DNA from: Polyangiaceae bacterium
GTDB lineage: Bacteria > Myxococcota_A > Polyangia > Polyangiales > Polyangiaceae
DNA: 64,000 bases
Assembly: GCA_035063585.1 (NCBI GenBank)
Contig: JAPSGB010000016.1
Span: 23,476 to 87,475, forward strand
Reading direction: 5' to 3'
In this document: positions 28,368 through 37,297 of the stretch, piece by piece
Layout of the letters: each line of letters begins with the position of its first letter
Position numbering within the stretch: position 1 is the first letter of the stretch
Made by a program: the position numbers and the translations under genes
The notes under the pieces: generated by a model
Seen by the model: the letters and a program-made list of their open reading frames with translations, nothing else
What the model was told of the DNA's origin: nothing
Databases searched by the model: none

Positions 28368-31300
28368 GGGCCCACCACCAGTCGCGCGTCGAGCGCCTGG
28401 TCGGCGTCGCTGCAGAACTTCTTCCAGGCGTCGTAGTCGGAGGGCTTCACCCGCGTCACCCCGAGCGCGAGTCGGCTCCGCACCACTACCGCGCCGTTCT
28501 TCCGCGCGACCTCGACTGAGTAGGAGCCGAACCGCGTGTCCACCTTGGCCTCGGGTGGCGCGCTCACCACCCGCATCCCGGGCGGCAGCTTGACCGTGAA
28601 GGTGTCGTCGATGGTGGAGAAGGCGAGCAGCCGCACGTCGAGGTTGCGACGAGAGAGCGAGGCATACGCTGGGGTGAGGCGCGTGTTGGTGGTGACCGCC
28701 ATGCTGAGATTCTTGCCTTCACGGCGCGCGAACGAACGGGTCGTGCCGCGCACCTCGAGCCGCACCGGCTGCTCGAGATCCTCGAGGTCGTTCGCGCCGA
28801 GGCCGGCCGCGCCAGCCTTTACGTCGAAGCCGGGGAACTCGCGGCCGAGATCGCTCGCCACGCGCTCGCGGCGGGTCGCCTCGGCGTGGTAGCGACGGCG
28901 CCACTCGGCGGCGGCCGTCCCGCGCGTCTCGTAGTCGAGCTCGAGCTCGGCGTCGCCGTTGAGGGAGACGCTGGCGAGCACCCGCCGCTCCACCACGTTC
29001 TTCGCCGGGTCTGGCTCCGGGAGATGGACCAGCTCCGGGTCGCCTTCATTGATGCGGAGCGCGAGCGCACCGAGATCCATCTTCGGCAGCTCGGTGGCGC
29101 CGGCGTACTCGGCCGTCCCGTCCAGATAGAGATCGAGCGAGGGAACGTACGCGATGGCGTGATCGAAGGGCGCGAGGCTCGCGACCTTCGAGGGGAATTC
29201 GCCGCGGAGCTGGGTGCGCACGATGACGATGGTGGAGGGGATTCCGAGCTCTCTCAGGAGCGAGACGATGACCGTCGCCTTGTCCTTGCAGTCACCCCAG
29301 CCGCGCGCGACCGTCTGGACGCAGCGGCGTGGCTTGAAGCCATATATTCCGAGCTCGAGCGCGACATAGCGGGTGTTCTTGACGACCCAGCCGTAGACCG
29401 CCTTCACCTTGTCGAGCTCGGTGGCCTTGCCCTTCACGAGGTCGTGGGCGAGCTTGCGCGTCTCGTCGTCGAGATCGAACTGATCCTTGGCGAGCCCCCA
29501 GTACCACTGGCCGAGCTCTCTCCACGTCTGGTAGGTCGAGACCTCGACGAAGCCGAGCACCTCGGGCCACGGCGGCATGGCCGGCTCCGGGACGATGGGC
29601 GGGATGTCGCTCGCCGCGAAGCGATAGATGCGCTGATCGCCCCGTTCGACCACCTCCCGCTTCAGTCCGGGCACGCGGGCGTCGACGTAGAGCTGGCGGG
29701 ATTTCGGAGTGATGACCACATACTCGGCGCTCAGGACCGGCTCGCTCGACTGCATGTACTCGACGTCGCCGAAGTAGCTCGCAAACTCGTTGTTCGGGAC
29801 GGTGTCGTCGACGCGATAGCGGAGCTCGACCACGTCGCCCGGCTCGAGCCGCGGGAACTGCACGTAGAAGGTGCGCGCCGAGGTGTACATCGCGATGCTC
29901 GGGTCGTCGGCGGCGCCCTCCCCGGACTCGATCGCCTCGTCGACTCGCCCGTCCGCGCGGAAGACCCGCGCTCCCCGGAGCTGCACGACCTGCCGATCGG
30001 CCTGGTATTGGAAGGCGTACTGGCGGGCGAGGGCCGCAGCGGCGTCGGTGAGTGGCTGGAACACCACCTGTCGGAAGCTGCTCGAGAGCCCGTTGGCGTA
30101 CACCGTGGAGACGGTCAGGTCGCGGAGGGTGCGGCGATTCTGACCGGCGGCCGGCGCGGTGCGCTGCTTCAGAAAGCGCTCGGGCTCCCAGGCGTAGGCC
30201 TCGTCCGCGCGCGGCTTCGGCGGTTCGATGTGCTCGACATACTCTCGGACCTCTTGATCCTGAGGGTGGAGCTCGAGGATCTTGCGAAGGAGTGCGAGCT
30301 GCTCGTCGCGATGCCCGAGCTCGCCCTCGAGATCGGCGAGCCAGCGGAGCGTGGAGGTGTCCTCCGGTGCGAGCGTGAGCGCGCGCCGATAGGCGGCGAT
30401 GGCACGCTCTGGTTGCCCCAGCGCGCGATAGGCGCGCGCGGCGACACCGATCGCCCACTGGCTGCTCGGATCGGCCGCGAGCAGCCGATCGACCCAGCGC
30501 TCGGCCGCGCGCGCGTCGCGTCGCGCGATCGCGAGCGTGATCATCCCGTCGAGGTAGCTGCGATCATCGAAGCGGAGCGCCGCGTAGCGCGCCTCCACCT
30601 CGGCGGCCTCCGTGGTGCGCCCGAGCGCGCGGAGCTCGGAGGCCGTCATGTTGAGCAGCGATACCGAATGTGGAGCGCGCTCGAGCGCGCGTTCGAGCGC
30701 GGCGAGCGCGGTGCGTCGAAGACCGGCTTGGTTATAGAGCTCGACCCGACCGAGGAGCGCCGGCAGGTCGTCCGGATCGAGCGTGAGCACCTCGTCGTAG
30801 AGTGGCGACGCCTCCTGCGGGTTCGGTCCGGAGCGGGCCAGCGCGGCCCGCGCGAGGAGCACGGCCACGCGGTCGCGCCGGCTCGTCGCGCGGCCGACAC
30901 GCGCCGCCGCCTTGCCCACCCACTCCATCTGCTGGTTGCGATCCTCGCTGAGCTGACCGGCGAAGAGCAGGCGCTCGATGCTGGGCTCGCGCTCGGCGGC
31001 GCGCCGCGCGAAATCGCGCGACTCGTGCTCGCTCGCGTCATCGCCGTCGGTCGCGTCGAGATAGCGCGCGTACGCCTCCAGCGTCGCGGCGGGCGGCTCT
31101 CGCGCAGCGACCAGCCGCTGAAACGCCTGGAGCGGCCCCTCGAGCGTCGGAGCGGTCGCCTTCGCGGGCCGCTTCCCGGCCGCCAGCTTGGAGGCCTCCG
31201 CGCTCGCGCCGAGCTCCGCGGTCGTCTCGAGCCCGGGATCGGGCGCGCCCCGCGCGTCGGCGAGCCGGACCGAGAAGACCGGCGCGGCGTCGTCGCCGCA

Positions 31301-32059
31301 CACCTTCAGGGTGAGCGCGTTCATGCCGGGCTCGAGGGTGAGGAGCGCGGCCTGGCGATCGGCGTCGTAGCCGCGATAAGCCTTCTCGGTGAGCACCGGC
31401 CGCCCGTTCCAGAAGAGCTTGAAAGCGCCCGAGGCTCCGACCCATGCGCTCACCGCGCGCGGCAGCGTGGTGCCTGCGCGCGCGCGGACCCAGGTCGTCG
31501 AGAAGAGGCAGATCCGCTGCTCGGGGCGGATGAGCGCGCTCGAATCGACGAACCCGAGGGGAAAAGCCTCGGCGGGCAGCGTGCGCCAGCGCACGGGGCG
31601 CTCTTTGCCGGAGTAGGCGCGCCCCGGAACGATGGCCTTGTCGAAGTCGAGCTCGGGGCCGCGCTCCGCGTCGAGGCCGGTCTTCCCCTCGTTGTCGAAG
31701 GGGCCGATGACCGCCCAGTCTCCCACGTAGCCGAGCGCTCGCACTCGCGCGCGAGCGTCGTCGAGGTCGCCGCGCCGGCTGCGCGCGTAGGCCACGAGGA
31801 GCGCGGCGTACGCGCGCGCTGGCGGCGAGAGGCGCGGGCTGGCGGCAGCCGCGCGAAGCGCCTCCTCGACGGCGAGCGGGTCGGCGCGATCCCAGGTGCT
31901 CCACACCCGGCGGAGCGCCGCGTAGACCTCCGGCCCGCGAGCGGCGTCGAGTCGTTGGATCGCGTCGCGGAGATCCGCATCGAAGCGCGCCTCGCCTGCC
32001 TCCGCGCGCGGCGACACACAAATGAGCGCTAGCGAGAGCGCCAGAGCGAGGAGCTTCAC
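28364..32059 (-). CDS. Large secreted TPR + DUF3857 + transglutaminase-like protein
   Basis: Signal peptide ending AEA-G; TPRs; FPRLEPGDVVELRY; GDCKDKA...FDHAIAYV...YLDGT gives a Cys-His-Asp triad. Confidence 0.85.
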   Translation of the reverse strand: MKLLALALSLALICVSPRAEAGEARFDADLRDAIQRLDAARGPEVYAALRRVWSTWDRADPLAVEEALRAAAASPRLSPPARAYAALLVAYARSRRGDLDDARARVRALGYVGDWAVIGPFDNEGKTGLDAERGPELDFDKAIVPGRAYSGKERPVRWRTLPAEAFPLGFVDSSALIRPEQRICLFSTTWVRARAGTTLPRAVSAWVGASGAFKLFWNGRPVLTEKAYRGYDADRQAALLTLEPGMNALTLKVCGDDAAPVFSVRLADARGAPDPGLETTAELGASAEASKLAAGKRPAKATAPTLEGPLQAFQRLVAAREPPAATLEAYARYLDATDGDDASEHESRDFARRAAEREPSIERLLFAGQLSEDRNQQMEWVGKAAARVGRATSRRDRVAVLLARAALARSGPNPQEASPLYDEVLTLDPDDLPALLGRVELYNQAGLRRTALAALERALERAPHSVSLLNMTASELRALGRTTEAAEVEARYAALRFDDRSYLDGMITLAIARRDARAAERWVDRLLAADPSSQWAIGVAARAYRALGQPERAIAAYRRALTLAPEDTSTLRWLADLEGELGHRDEQLALLRKILELHPQDQEVREYVEHIEPPKPRADEAYAWEPERFLKQRTAPAAGQNRRTLRDLTVSTVYANGLSSSFRQVVFQPLTDAAAALARQYAFQYQADRQVVQLRGARVFRADGRVDEAIESGEGAADDPSIAMYTSARTFYVQFPRLEPGDVVELRYRVDDTVPNNEFASYFGDVEYMQSSEPVLSAEYVVITPKSRQLYVDARVPGLKREVVERGDQRIYRFAASDIPPIVPEPAMPPWPEVLGFVEVSTYQTWRELGQWYWGLAKDQFDLDDETRKLAHDLVKGKATELDKVKAVYGWVVKNTRYVALELGIYGFKPRRCVQTVARGWGDCKDKATVIVSLLRELGIPSTIVIVRTQLRGEFPSKVASLAPFDHAIAYVPSLDLYLDGTAEYAGATELPKMDLGALALRINEGDPELVHLPEPDPAKNVVERRVLASVSLNGDAELELDYETRGTAAAEWRRRYHAEATRRERVASDLGREFPGFDVKAGAAGLGANDLEDLEQPVRLEVRGTTRSFARREGKNLSMAVTTNTRLTPAYASLSRRNLDVRLLAFSTIDDTFTVKLPPGMRVVSAPPEAKVDTRFGSYSVEVARKNGAVVVRSRLALGVTRVKPSDYDAWKKFCSDADQALDARLVVGP

Positions 32060-32395
32060 GATGTCCCACGGTCTTCCTACCGTCCCCCCTGGGGCTCGGC
32101 AAACCGAATCGGGCGGGATGGGGAGGCGAGCGCCTCGGGCGTGCGGGTCGCGCGCATGGCCGGGCCGAAAACCGGATGAAATCCGGGCCCCCGCTACGCG
32201 CTGCTTGCTGGCTCGGTGGCGGTCATATAGAAGGATTCACCGTCAAGAAGCTCACCCCCTTTCCGTGATCGGCATCGAGGGCAAGGGGCGGTCGGAGCGT
32301 CGCCAAAGAAGTGAGCGGCGCGCCGGCCGGCGAGAGGGCCCGGACTCAGTCGTCTCGTGGCACGCCCGCGCATCGAGCAAGCTCTGGAGGCTCGG

Positions 32396-32878
32396 ATGGT
32401 CAACCCGCAGATGGTGATGTACGAAGAGGAGTTCAACCAGATCCAGGCGGTCGTCGACCGCCTGGTTCGGGAAGCGAACGCTAGGGTCGTCTTCATCGTC
32501 GACAAGAATGGTCAGCTCATCGCCGCCAGCGGCGAGGTGGACAACATCGACACGACGTCGCTCGCCTCGCTCACCGCCGGCAACATCGCCGCGACCGGCG
32601 GCATCGCGAAGCTGCTCCGCGAGAACGAGTTCGCTACTCAGTTCCACGAGGGCGAGAAGGCGAACATCCACATCCAGCTGGTCGGAAATCGCGTCATCCT
32701 GGTGGTCATCTTCGACGCCAAGTCGAGCCTCGGCTTGGTTCGGCTCCGCGTCCGCAAGGCCAGCGACGAGCTGAACCGGATCTTCGAGGCGTTGCTCTCG
32801 AAGGTGCAGGAGCCGGGCGGAGACTCCCCGTTCGCCGAGATCACCGACGAAGACATCGACAACCTCTTCAACGACTGA
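32396..32878 (+). CDS. mglB: Gliding-motility GAP MglB (roadblock/LC7)
   Basis: MVMYEEEF...FIVDKNGQLIA...SLASLTAGNIAATGG...PFAEITDEDIDNLF; GGAGG SD before ATG 32396. Confidence 0.97.
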   Translation: MVNPQMVMYEEEFNQIQAVVDRLVREANARVVFIVDKNGQLIAASGEVDNIDTTSLASLTAGNIAATGGIAKLLRENEFATQFHEGEKANIHIQLVGNRVILVVIFDAKSSLGLVRLRVRKASDELNRIFEALLSKVQEPGGDSPFAEITDEDIDNLFND

Positions 32879-32890
32879 GAGCGCCGGGCG

Positions 32891-33478
32891 ATGAGCTTCA
32901 TCAACTACATGGCCCGGGAGATCAACTGCAAGATCGTCTATTACGGTCCCGGCCTCTGCGGTAAGACGACCAACCTGCAGTACATCTACGAGCGCACCAA
33001 CCCCGACGCGAAGGGCAAGATGATCAGCCTCGCGACGGAGACGGAGCGCACGCTCTTCTTCGATTTCTTGCCGCTCTCGCTCGGAGAGATCCGCGGCTTC
33101 AAGACGCGATTTCACCTCTACACGGTGCCCGGGCAGGTCTTCTACGACGCAAGCCGGAAGCTCATCTTGAAGGGTGTCGACGGCGTCATCTTCGTGGCCG
33201 ACTCGCAGATCGAGCGGCTCGAGGCGAACCAAGAGAGCGTCGAGAACCTTCGCACGAACCTCGCGGAGCAGGGCTACTCGCTCGAGAAGATCCCGTACGT
33301 CGTTCAGTACAACAAGCGCGATCTGCCGAACGTGGTCGACCTCGAGGAGCTTCGTCCGCTCATCAACCCGATGGGCGTACCTGACTACGAGGCGGTCGCC
33401 CGCACCGGCGTCGGTGTCTTCGACACGCTGAAGGCGGTGAGCAAGCTCGTGCTCACCGAGCTGAAGCGCGGCGGCTGA
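32891..33478 (+). CDS. mglA: Gliding-motility Ras-like GTPase MglA
   Basis: [47 protein letters not shown] and QYNKRDL. Confidence 0.98.
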   Translation: MSFINYMAREINCKIVYYGPGLCGKTTNLQYIYERTNPDAKGKMISLATETERTLFFDFLPLSLGEIRGFKTRFHLYTVPGQVFYDASRKLILKGVDGVIFVADSQIERLEANQESVENLRTNLAEQGYSLEKIPYVVQYNKRDLPNVVDLEELRPLINPMGVPDYEAVARTGVGVFDTLKAVSKLVLTELKRGG

Positions 33479-33649
33479 GCCGCGCCGAGCATCGCCGGGC
33501 CGTGTGCGGCCCGCGCCGTGGCCGCGAGTGACGGCCCGCGTCGAACGCCGTCGGCTCGGCGATCGGGCCACGCCTCGGACGCCGCCGCCCCGCGCCCTCG
33601 CGTACGGGCGCGCGTGACGCGCGCGGCCGGAACGGCTTAGGCTCCCCGG

Positions 33650-34195
33650 GTGCCGCGCGCTCGCCAACCGCCGCCGCTCGACGCGGCGCTCCTCGACAAG
33701 GCCGCGCTCGCTTACCTCGAGCGCTTCGACAGCTCCGCGGACAACCTGCGGCGAGTGCTGATGGCGCGGGTGCGCCGCGCGGCGCGCTCGGAGGAGCTCG
33801 ACGTCGCGGCGCTCGCGCGTCACGTCGACGGGCTCATCGAGCGCTATCGAGCCTCCGGTCTCCTCGATGACGGGCGCTTCGCCGAGAACGTGGCGCGCGG
33901 GCTTCGCGCGCGGGGCGGCTCCCGTCGCGGCATCGCGCTCAAGCTTCGCGCGAAGGGCGTCGCGGAGGCCGACATCGCCGCCGCGCTCTCGCGCGCCGAG
34001 CGCGACAGCGCGGAGCCGGAGCTGGAAGCAGCGCAACGCCTCGTGCGCCGTCGCCGGCTCGGCCCGCTCCGGCCAGAGGCCGAGCGCGCGGAAAAGCGCA
34101 GCCGCGATCTCGCCGCGCTCATGCGCGCCGGGTTCTCGTACGACGTCGCGCGCCGCGCGCTCGGTCCGTCGCGCGCCGATGAAGACGTTTCTTGA
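33650..34195 (+). CDS. recX: RecX family regulatory protein
   Basis: ALAYLERF, LLDDGRFAE, GIALKLRAKGV and LMRAGFSYD. Confidence 0.85.
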   Translation: MPRARQPPPLDAALLDKAALAYLERFDSSADNLRRVLMARVRRAARSEELDVAALARHVDGLIERYRASGLLDDGRFAENVARGLRARGGSRRGIALKLRAKGVAEADIAAALSRAERDSAEPELEAAQRLVRRRRLGPLRPEAERAEKRSRDLAALMRAGFSYDVARRALGPSRADEDVS

Positions 34196-34338
34196 GCGAC
34201 GCGCCGCCGTCGTTCTTCAACGACCGCTGCGCGCGCCGCGCTCGTTCGCGCGCCGGTTCCTCCTCGGGCGCCGCGCCCCGGCGCGCTCCACGCGGCCTCA
34301 AGAATACGAGTCGAGGCGCCGCGCTCGCGACCGGCGGC

Positions 34339-34464
34339 TCACTTCGCCTTGTACTTCTTCAGGCGCTTGTGACGGTTCTTGTTCTTGGCCTTGAGCGCCG
34401 CCTTGAGTCGGTTCGAGCGACCGCGGTCCGTCTTGCGCGGGGTCTTGGTCTTGGCGAGGTACAT
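34339..34464 (-). CDS. 41-aa very basic small protein (below ORF-track cut-off)
   Basis: MYLAKTKTPRKTDRGRSNRLKAALKAKNKNRHKRLKKYKAK; nearly all codons end in G/C; TAGAAC 9 nt upstream of ATG. Confidence 0.75.
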   Translation of the reverse strand: MYLAKTKTPRKTDRGRSNRLKAALKAKNKNRHKRLKKYKAK

Positions 34465-34615
34465 GGGGCGCGTGTTCTAGCTCCGCTCACCCCCTTCGGG
34501 CAACGTCGATTCCGCGCCGGGCCGACCCTCCCCTCGAACACCCCTGCTCGGATGCGCAGCACCCGCGTCGATTTCGCGCGCCCGGCGAGCCGCGCAAAGC
34601 TGGCTCGGCGCCGGC

Positions 34616-34924
34616 TCAGCCCTCTCGCTCGCGGGTCAACAGGCGGCTCAAGAGCTCCGACGAGTAGCTCGAGAGCTCGCGGAACACCACGCCCATCCCC
34701 GGTGGATCCGACTCGACCCGCACCACCACGCCTACGCCGTCGATGGACTCGATGTCATCCATCACCACGGTGAAATGGAGGTTCACCTCGGTGCCCACCG
34801 GCAGCGGGTTCTTCGACTTGATGAAGGCGCCGGACGCCGAGACGTTCGTGACGTACTCGGAGATGAACTGATCGAAGGAGTCGAACTCCTTGTTGATCGT
34901 CACCCGCTCGTCCTTGCGGCTCAT
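34616..34924 (-). CDS. Stand-alone PilZ domain protein
   Basis: RKDER (RxxxR) and NVSASG (D/NxSxxG); GMGVVF. Confidence 0.88.
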   Translation of the reverse strand: MSRKDERVTINKEFDSFDQFISEYVTNVSASGAFIKSKNPLPVGTEVNLHFTVVMDDIESIDGVGVVVRVESDPPGMGVVFRELSSYSSELLSRLLTREREG

Positions 34925-34930
34925 CTTCGG

Positions 34931-37051
34931 CTACTTCCCTTGGAGATCGAACTGCTCGATGTGGTACTCGCGGCGCGGCACGAGCTCGATGCGTCGCATG
35001 TAGCGGCGCTCGGCCTCGACGACCGCGTCCTTCTCTTCGCCGTTCATGAGGTCGACCACCGCCGGGTGCGCGTTCACGAGCACGACGTACCCGGGCAGCG
35101 ACTGCCGCTCCCGGCGGATCTGCCGCAAGATCTCGTACGCGATGGTGGTCCGCGACTGGATTTGGCCGGTGCCGTCGCAATAGAAGCAGGGCTCGTGCAT
35201 CACCCGCATGAGGCTCTCGCGGGTGCGCTTGCGCGTCATCTCGATGAGCCCAAGCTCGCTGATGCGGTTGAGAGTGGTCTTGGCCTTGTCCTTGCTGAGC
35301 CGCTGCACGAGCGCGCGCCAAACCTTCTCGCGGTTATTGGCGTTTTCCATGTCGATGAGATCGAGGATCACGAGCCCACCGATGTTGCGGAACCGGAGCT
35401 GATAGGCGATCTCTTGGACCGCCTCGAGGTTGGTCTTGAGGGCCGTCTCTTCCAGGTCCTTGCTGCCCTTGCCGACGTACCGCCCCGTGTTCACGTCGAC
35501 GGCGGTCAGCGCCTCGGCCTGGTCGATGATGAGGTAGCCACCGCTCGCGAGCGGGACTTTGCGGCCGAGCGCGCGCCCGATCTCGTCTTCGATGCCGTAG
35601 GCGTCGAAGATGGGCTCGGCGCCGGTGTAGAGCTCGATGTCCTTCACCCGCTCCGGGAGGAACATCTCGACGAAGCGGACCAGGCGAGCGTACTGATCCT
35701 TGTCGTCGATGACGATCTTGTGGATGTCGTCGGTGAAGAGGTCACGCGCCGTCTTCAGCACCAGGTCGAGCTCGCTCGAGAGGATGGTGGGAGCCTTTGC
35801 GCCCTCGCGCTTGCGCGCGACCTCCGCCCAGAGCCGCATCAAGTAGCCGACGTCCGCCTTCAGCGCGCCCTTGGTGAGCCCCTCGGCGACCGTGCGGACG
35901 ATGAGGCCGCCTACCGGCGGCTTGAGCGTATCCATCACCGCGCGGAGTCGCTGCCGCTCGCGCGAGGAGCCGATGCGCTTCGAGATTCCGGCGTGATCGA
36001 CCGTCGGCAAGTAGACGACGTAGCGGCCCGGCAGTGAGACGTGGCTGGTGACGCGCGCGCCCTTGGTGCCGATCGGCTCCTTCGAGATCTGGACGATGAC
36101 CTCATCGCCCTCTTTCACGACCTCGGTGATCGGCACCGAGCGTGACACGCGGCTGGTCGCCGGCTGCGCTGCCTTGCCGTTGCCCTTGCCGCCGTTGCTC
36201 CGATCGTTCGCCCGGTCGGCGTGGGGCTTGGCCGGCGCACGGTCGTCGGCGCGCTCGGCGGCGGCGCCCTTGCCGCGCTTGCGCCGCCCGCGCCGTCGCC
36301 GACGACTCTCGGCGCCCTCGGCGGGCGCGTTCGCGTCCCGCGCCGTGCGCTGAAGCTCACCCGCCTCGCCCGTCACGTCGGCGGCGTCGGCTTGCGCCGC
36401 TTCGGGCTCCGCGTCACTCGCTGCCGCGGGCTCATCGTCCGGACCCGCCTCGCTCTCGGCGTCGTCGAGGGAGTCGTCAGCCGGGGCCTCGTCCGGCGCG
36501 TCGTCGTGAGCGTCGTCGTGCGCGGCCGCCGCCTCCGCGGGCTCCCGCGCGCCCTCGTCCGAGTCGTGCGACTCGTCGTGCTCGTCGTGCCCGTCCTGCG
36601 CCTCGGCGTGCTCGTCGTGCTCGTCGTGCCCGTCCTGCGCCTCGGCGTGCTCGGCGTGCCCGTCCTGCGCCTCGGCGTGCTCGGCGTGCGACCCGGCGTG
36701 CTCGTCGTCGTCGTCTTCGTCGGGCTCGAGTCGCCAGTTGCGCCGTCGCCCGCCCTCGCCGCGCATGCTCGGCTCGTCCGCGTCGCGCGCGTCGCCGTGC
36801 AGGTACGCCTCGAAGTCCTTCGGGCGGATGAGATCCTCGACGTGGAGGAACGCCGCGCGCTCCATCCCGACGTCGATGAACGCCGCCTGCATGCCGGGGA
36901 GCACGCGCGTCACCCTGCCGAGAACGATGTTCCCGACGGTGCCGCGCGCCGCGGCACGCTCGATGAACAGCTCGGCGATGACCCCGCCCTCGATCAGGGC
37001 GACGCGGGTCTCACGTATGTCACAGTTGATAACAAGAGTATTTTGCGCCAT
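34931..37051 (-). CDS. Ribonuclease E/G family with large insertion in the S1 domain
   Basis: GNIVLGRVTRVLPGMQAAFIDVG; VQISKEPIGTKGAR; AVDVNTG; RNIGGLVILDLIDM; CFYCDGTG Zn-link. Confidence 0.95.
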   Translation of the reverse strand: MAQNTLVINCDIRETRVALIEGGVIAELFIERAAARGTVGNIVLGRVTRVLPGMQAAFIDVGMERAAFLHVEDLIRPKDFEAYLHGDARDADEPSMRGEGGRRRNWRLEPDEDDDDEHAGSHAEHAEAQDGHAEHAEAQDGHDEHDEHAEAQDGHDEHDESHDSDEGAREPAEAAAAHDDAHDDAPDEAPADDSLDDAESEAGPDDEPAAASDAEPEAAQADAADVTGEAGELQRTARDANAPAEGAESRRRRRGRRKRGKGAAAERADDRAPAKPHADRANDRSNGGKGNGKAAQPATSRVSRSVPITEVVKEGDEVIVQISKEPIGTKGARVTSHVSLPGRYVVYLPTVDHAGISKRIGSSRERQRLRAVMDTLKPPVGGLIVRTVAEGLTKGALKADVGYLMRLWAEVARKREGAKAPTILSSELDLVLKTARDLFTDDIHKIVIDDKDQYARLVRFVEMFLPERVKDIELYTGAEPIFDAYGIEDEIGRALGRKVPLASGGYLIIDQAEALTAVDVNTGRYVGKGSKDLEETALKTNLEAVQEIAYQLRFRNIGGLVILDLIDMENANNREKVWRALVQRLSKDKAKTTLNRISELGLIEMTRKRTRESLMRVMHEPCFYCDGTGQIQSRTTIAYEILRQIRRERQSLPGYVVLVNAHPAVVDLMNGEEKDAVVEAERRYMRRIELVPRREYHIEQFDLQGK
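36570..36700 (-). repeat. In-frame His/acidic repeat (HAEHAEAQDG / HDEHDE) in the RNase E/G insertion
   Basis: Three near-identical GTGCCCGTCCTGCGCCTCGGCGTGCTCG blocks on the + strand. Confidence 0.85.
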
Positions 37052-37259
37052 GCGCTCGGCGACAGGGGCGCGCCAGCGACTCCAGCGAGTCTCGCTTGTC
37101 GTCGTGATGCGCCCACGCTGTCCATCCCGGTGAGAGGAACGTCTATTGGGGTGGAGCCGACGAGGGCTCCCCCGGAAACCCGCTGATCAGGTCACCACGG
37201 CGCTGACTCTCTGTCAAGTATCGGTAAACAGCGGGGAAAAAGCCCGCCTCCCGGGCCGA

Positions 37260-37289
37260 TTGACCACCCCTCGTCGCGGGGGTGATGCT
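37260..37289 (+). promoter_or_regulatory. Putative sigma70-type promoter for the 3'-5' exonuclease gene
   Basis: TTGACC (37260) - 18 nt - GATGCT (37284), then GTG 8 nt later. Confidence 0.4.
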
Positions 37290-37297
37290 CGAGGCCC

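Noticed and set aside
28886..32032. 1048-aa plus-strand ORF and other long antisense ORFs (e.g. 6288-8621, 46710-49271, 61724-63964)
   Set aside because: These are shadow ORFs opposite recognisable genes. They are expected at this GC content and have Arg/Ala/Gly-rich composition with no motifs.
32160..32195. Hammerhead-like ribozyme (CCGGATGAAATCCGG hairpin) upstream of mglB
   Set aside because: It lacks the CUGAUGA core. It is a simple hairpin in the promoter region.
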